Positions 63,703-64,000 of a stretch of 64,000 bases of DNA are shown in pieces (within the stretch, counting starts at the first letter, position 1; each line of letters opens with the position of its first letter). Location: positions 381,300,001-381,364,000 of the forward strand of contig OZ024741.1 in the NCBI GenBank assembly GCA_964016885.1, in the 5' to 3' direction. The position numbers and the translations under genes are program-made. The stretch comes from Eledone cirrhosa (taxonomy: Eukaryota). The notes under the pieces were generated by a model. The model made no database searches and was not told where the DNA came from. It saw nothing but the letters and a program-made list of their open reading frames with translations.

Positions 63703-64000
63703 ATAATAATAAAATTGAAGACTAAAATCCAAAGAGGGCTCGATAAGGAAAATATATATCAAATATATAAGAACCGTAGAGCAAATATTTATTAAAATAA
63801 CAGATTAAAGTTTAAGCAAATCATCGCTGCTTTCACCCTTAACGGGATCTTCTGAAACTAACAAAGTCAATCTGTAAACGCAGAACTGGATATTTCAAAA
63901 ACCGTTGCAACCGGAGGAAGACGGGAAGACGATACTTTGGTTCGTGGTAACGTTCGCTGGCAAAGAACAGGAAAAAACGAATAATACGTCATTAATAGGA
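63700..64000. mobile_element. Second copy of the 21762-22905 non-coding family (runs off the window)
   Basis: Shares gtaataataataaa.ttgaagactaaaatccaaagaggg and the inverted 22690-22903 block. Begins at (TA)n. Confidence 0.75.

Overview
AT-rich eukaryotic DNA with no confidently identifiable host gene. The microsatellite load and the SINE/LINE repertoire suggest an invertebrate, probably an octopus-like cephalopod (inference). The window is mostly non-LTR retrotransposons sitting inside simple repeats. It holds three Tx1/L1-like LINEs (APE endonuclease + RT), four R4/Dong-like RLE LINEs (one with an intact 1130-aa ORF at 34785-38177), four Penelope-like element (PLE) remnants, an RTE-like remnant, tRNA-derived SINEs and a probable non-autonomous Helitron. 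Three things stand out. (1) About seven full and several partial minimal hammerhead-ribozyme motifs, read by eye, lie next to (TA)n tracts, some with a compensatory U3-A8 core. (2) At least six fold-back inverted repeats of 95-700 bp per arm sit in (TA)n, several carrying or breaking at these ribozymes, suggesting a non-autonomous PLE/retrozyme-like hairpin-generating system. (3) A ~12 kb train of four LINEs from two clades is chained through one (TAA)n tract. All alignments and folds were done by eye, and boundaries are approximate.
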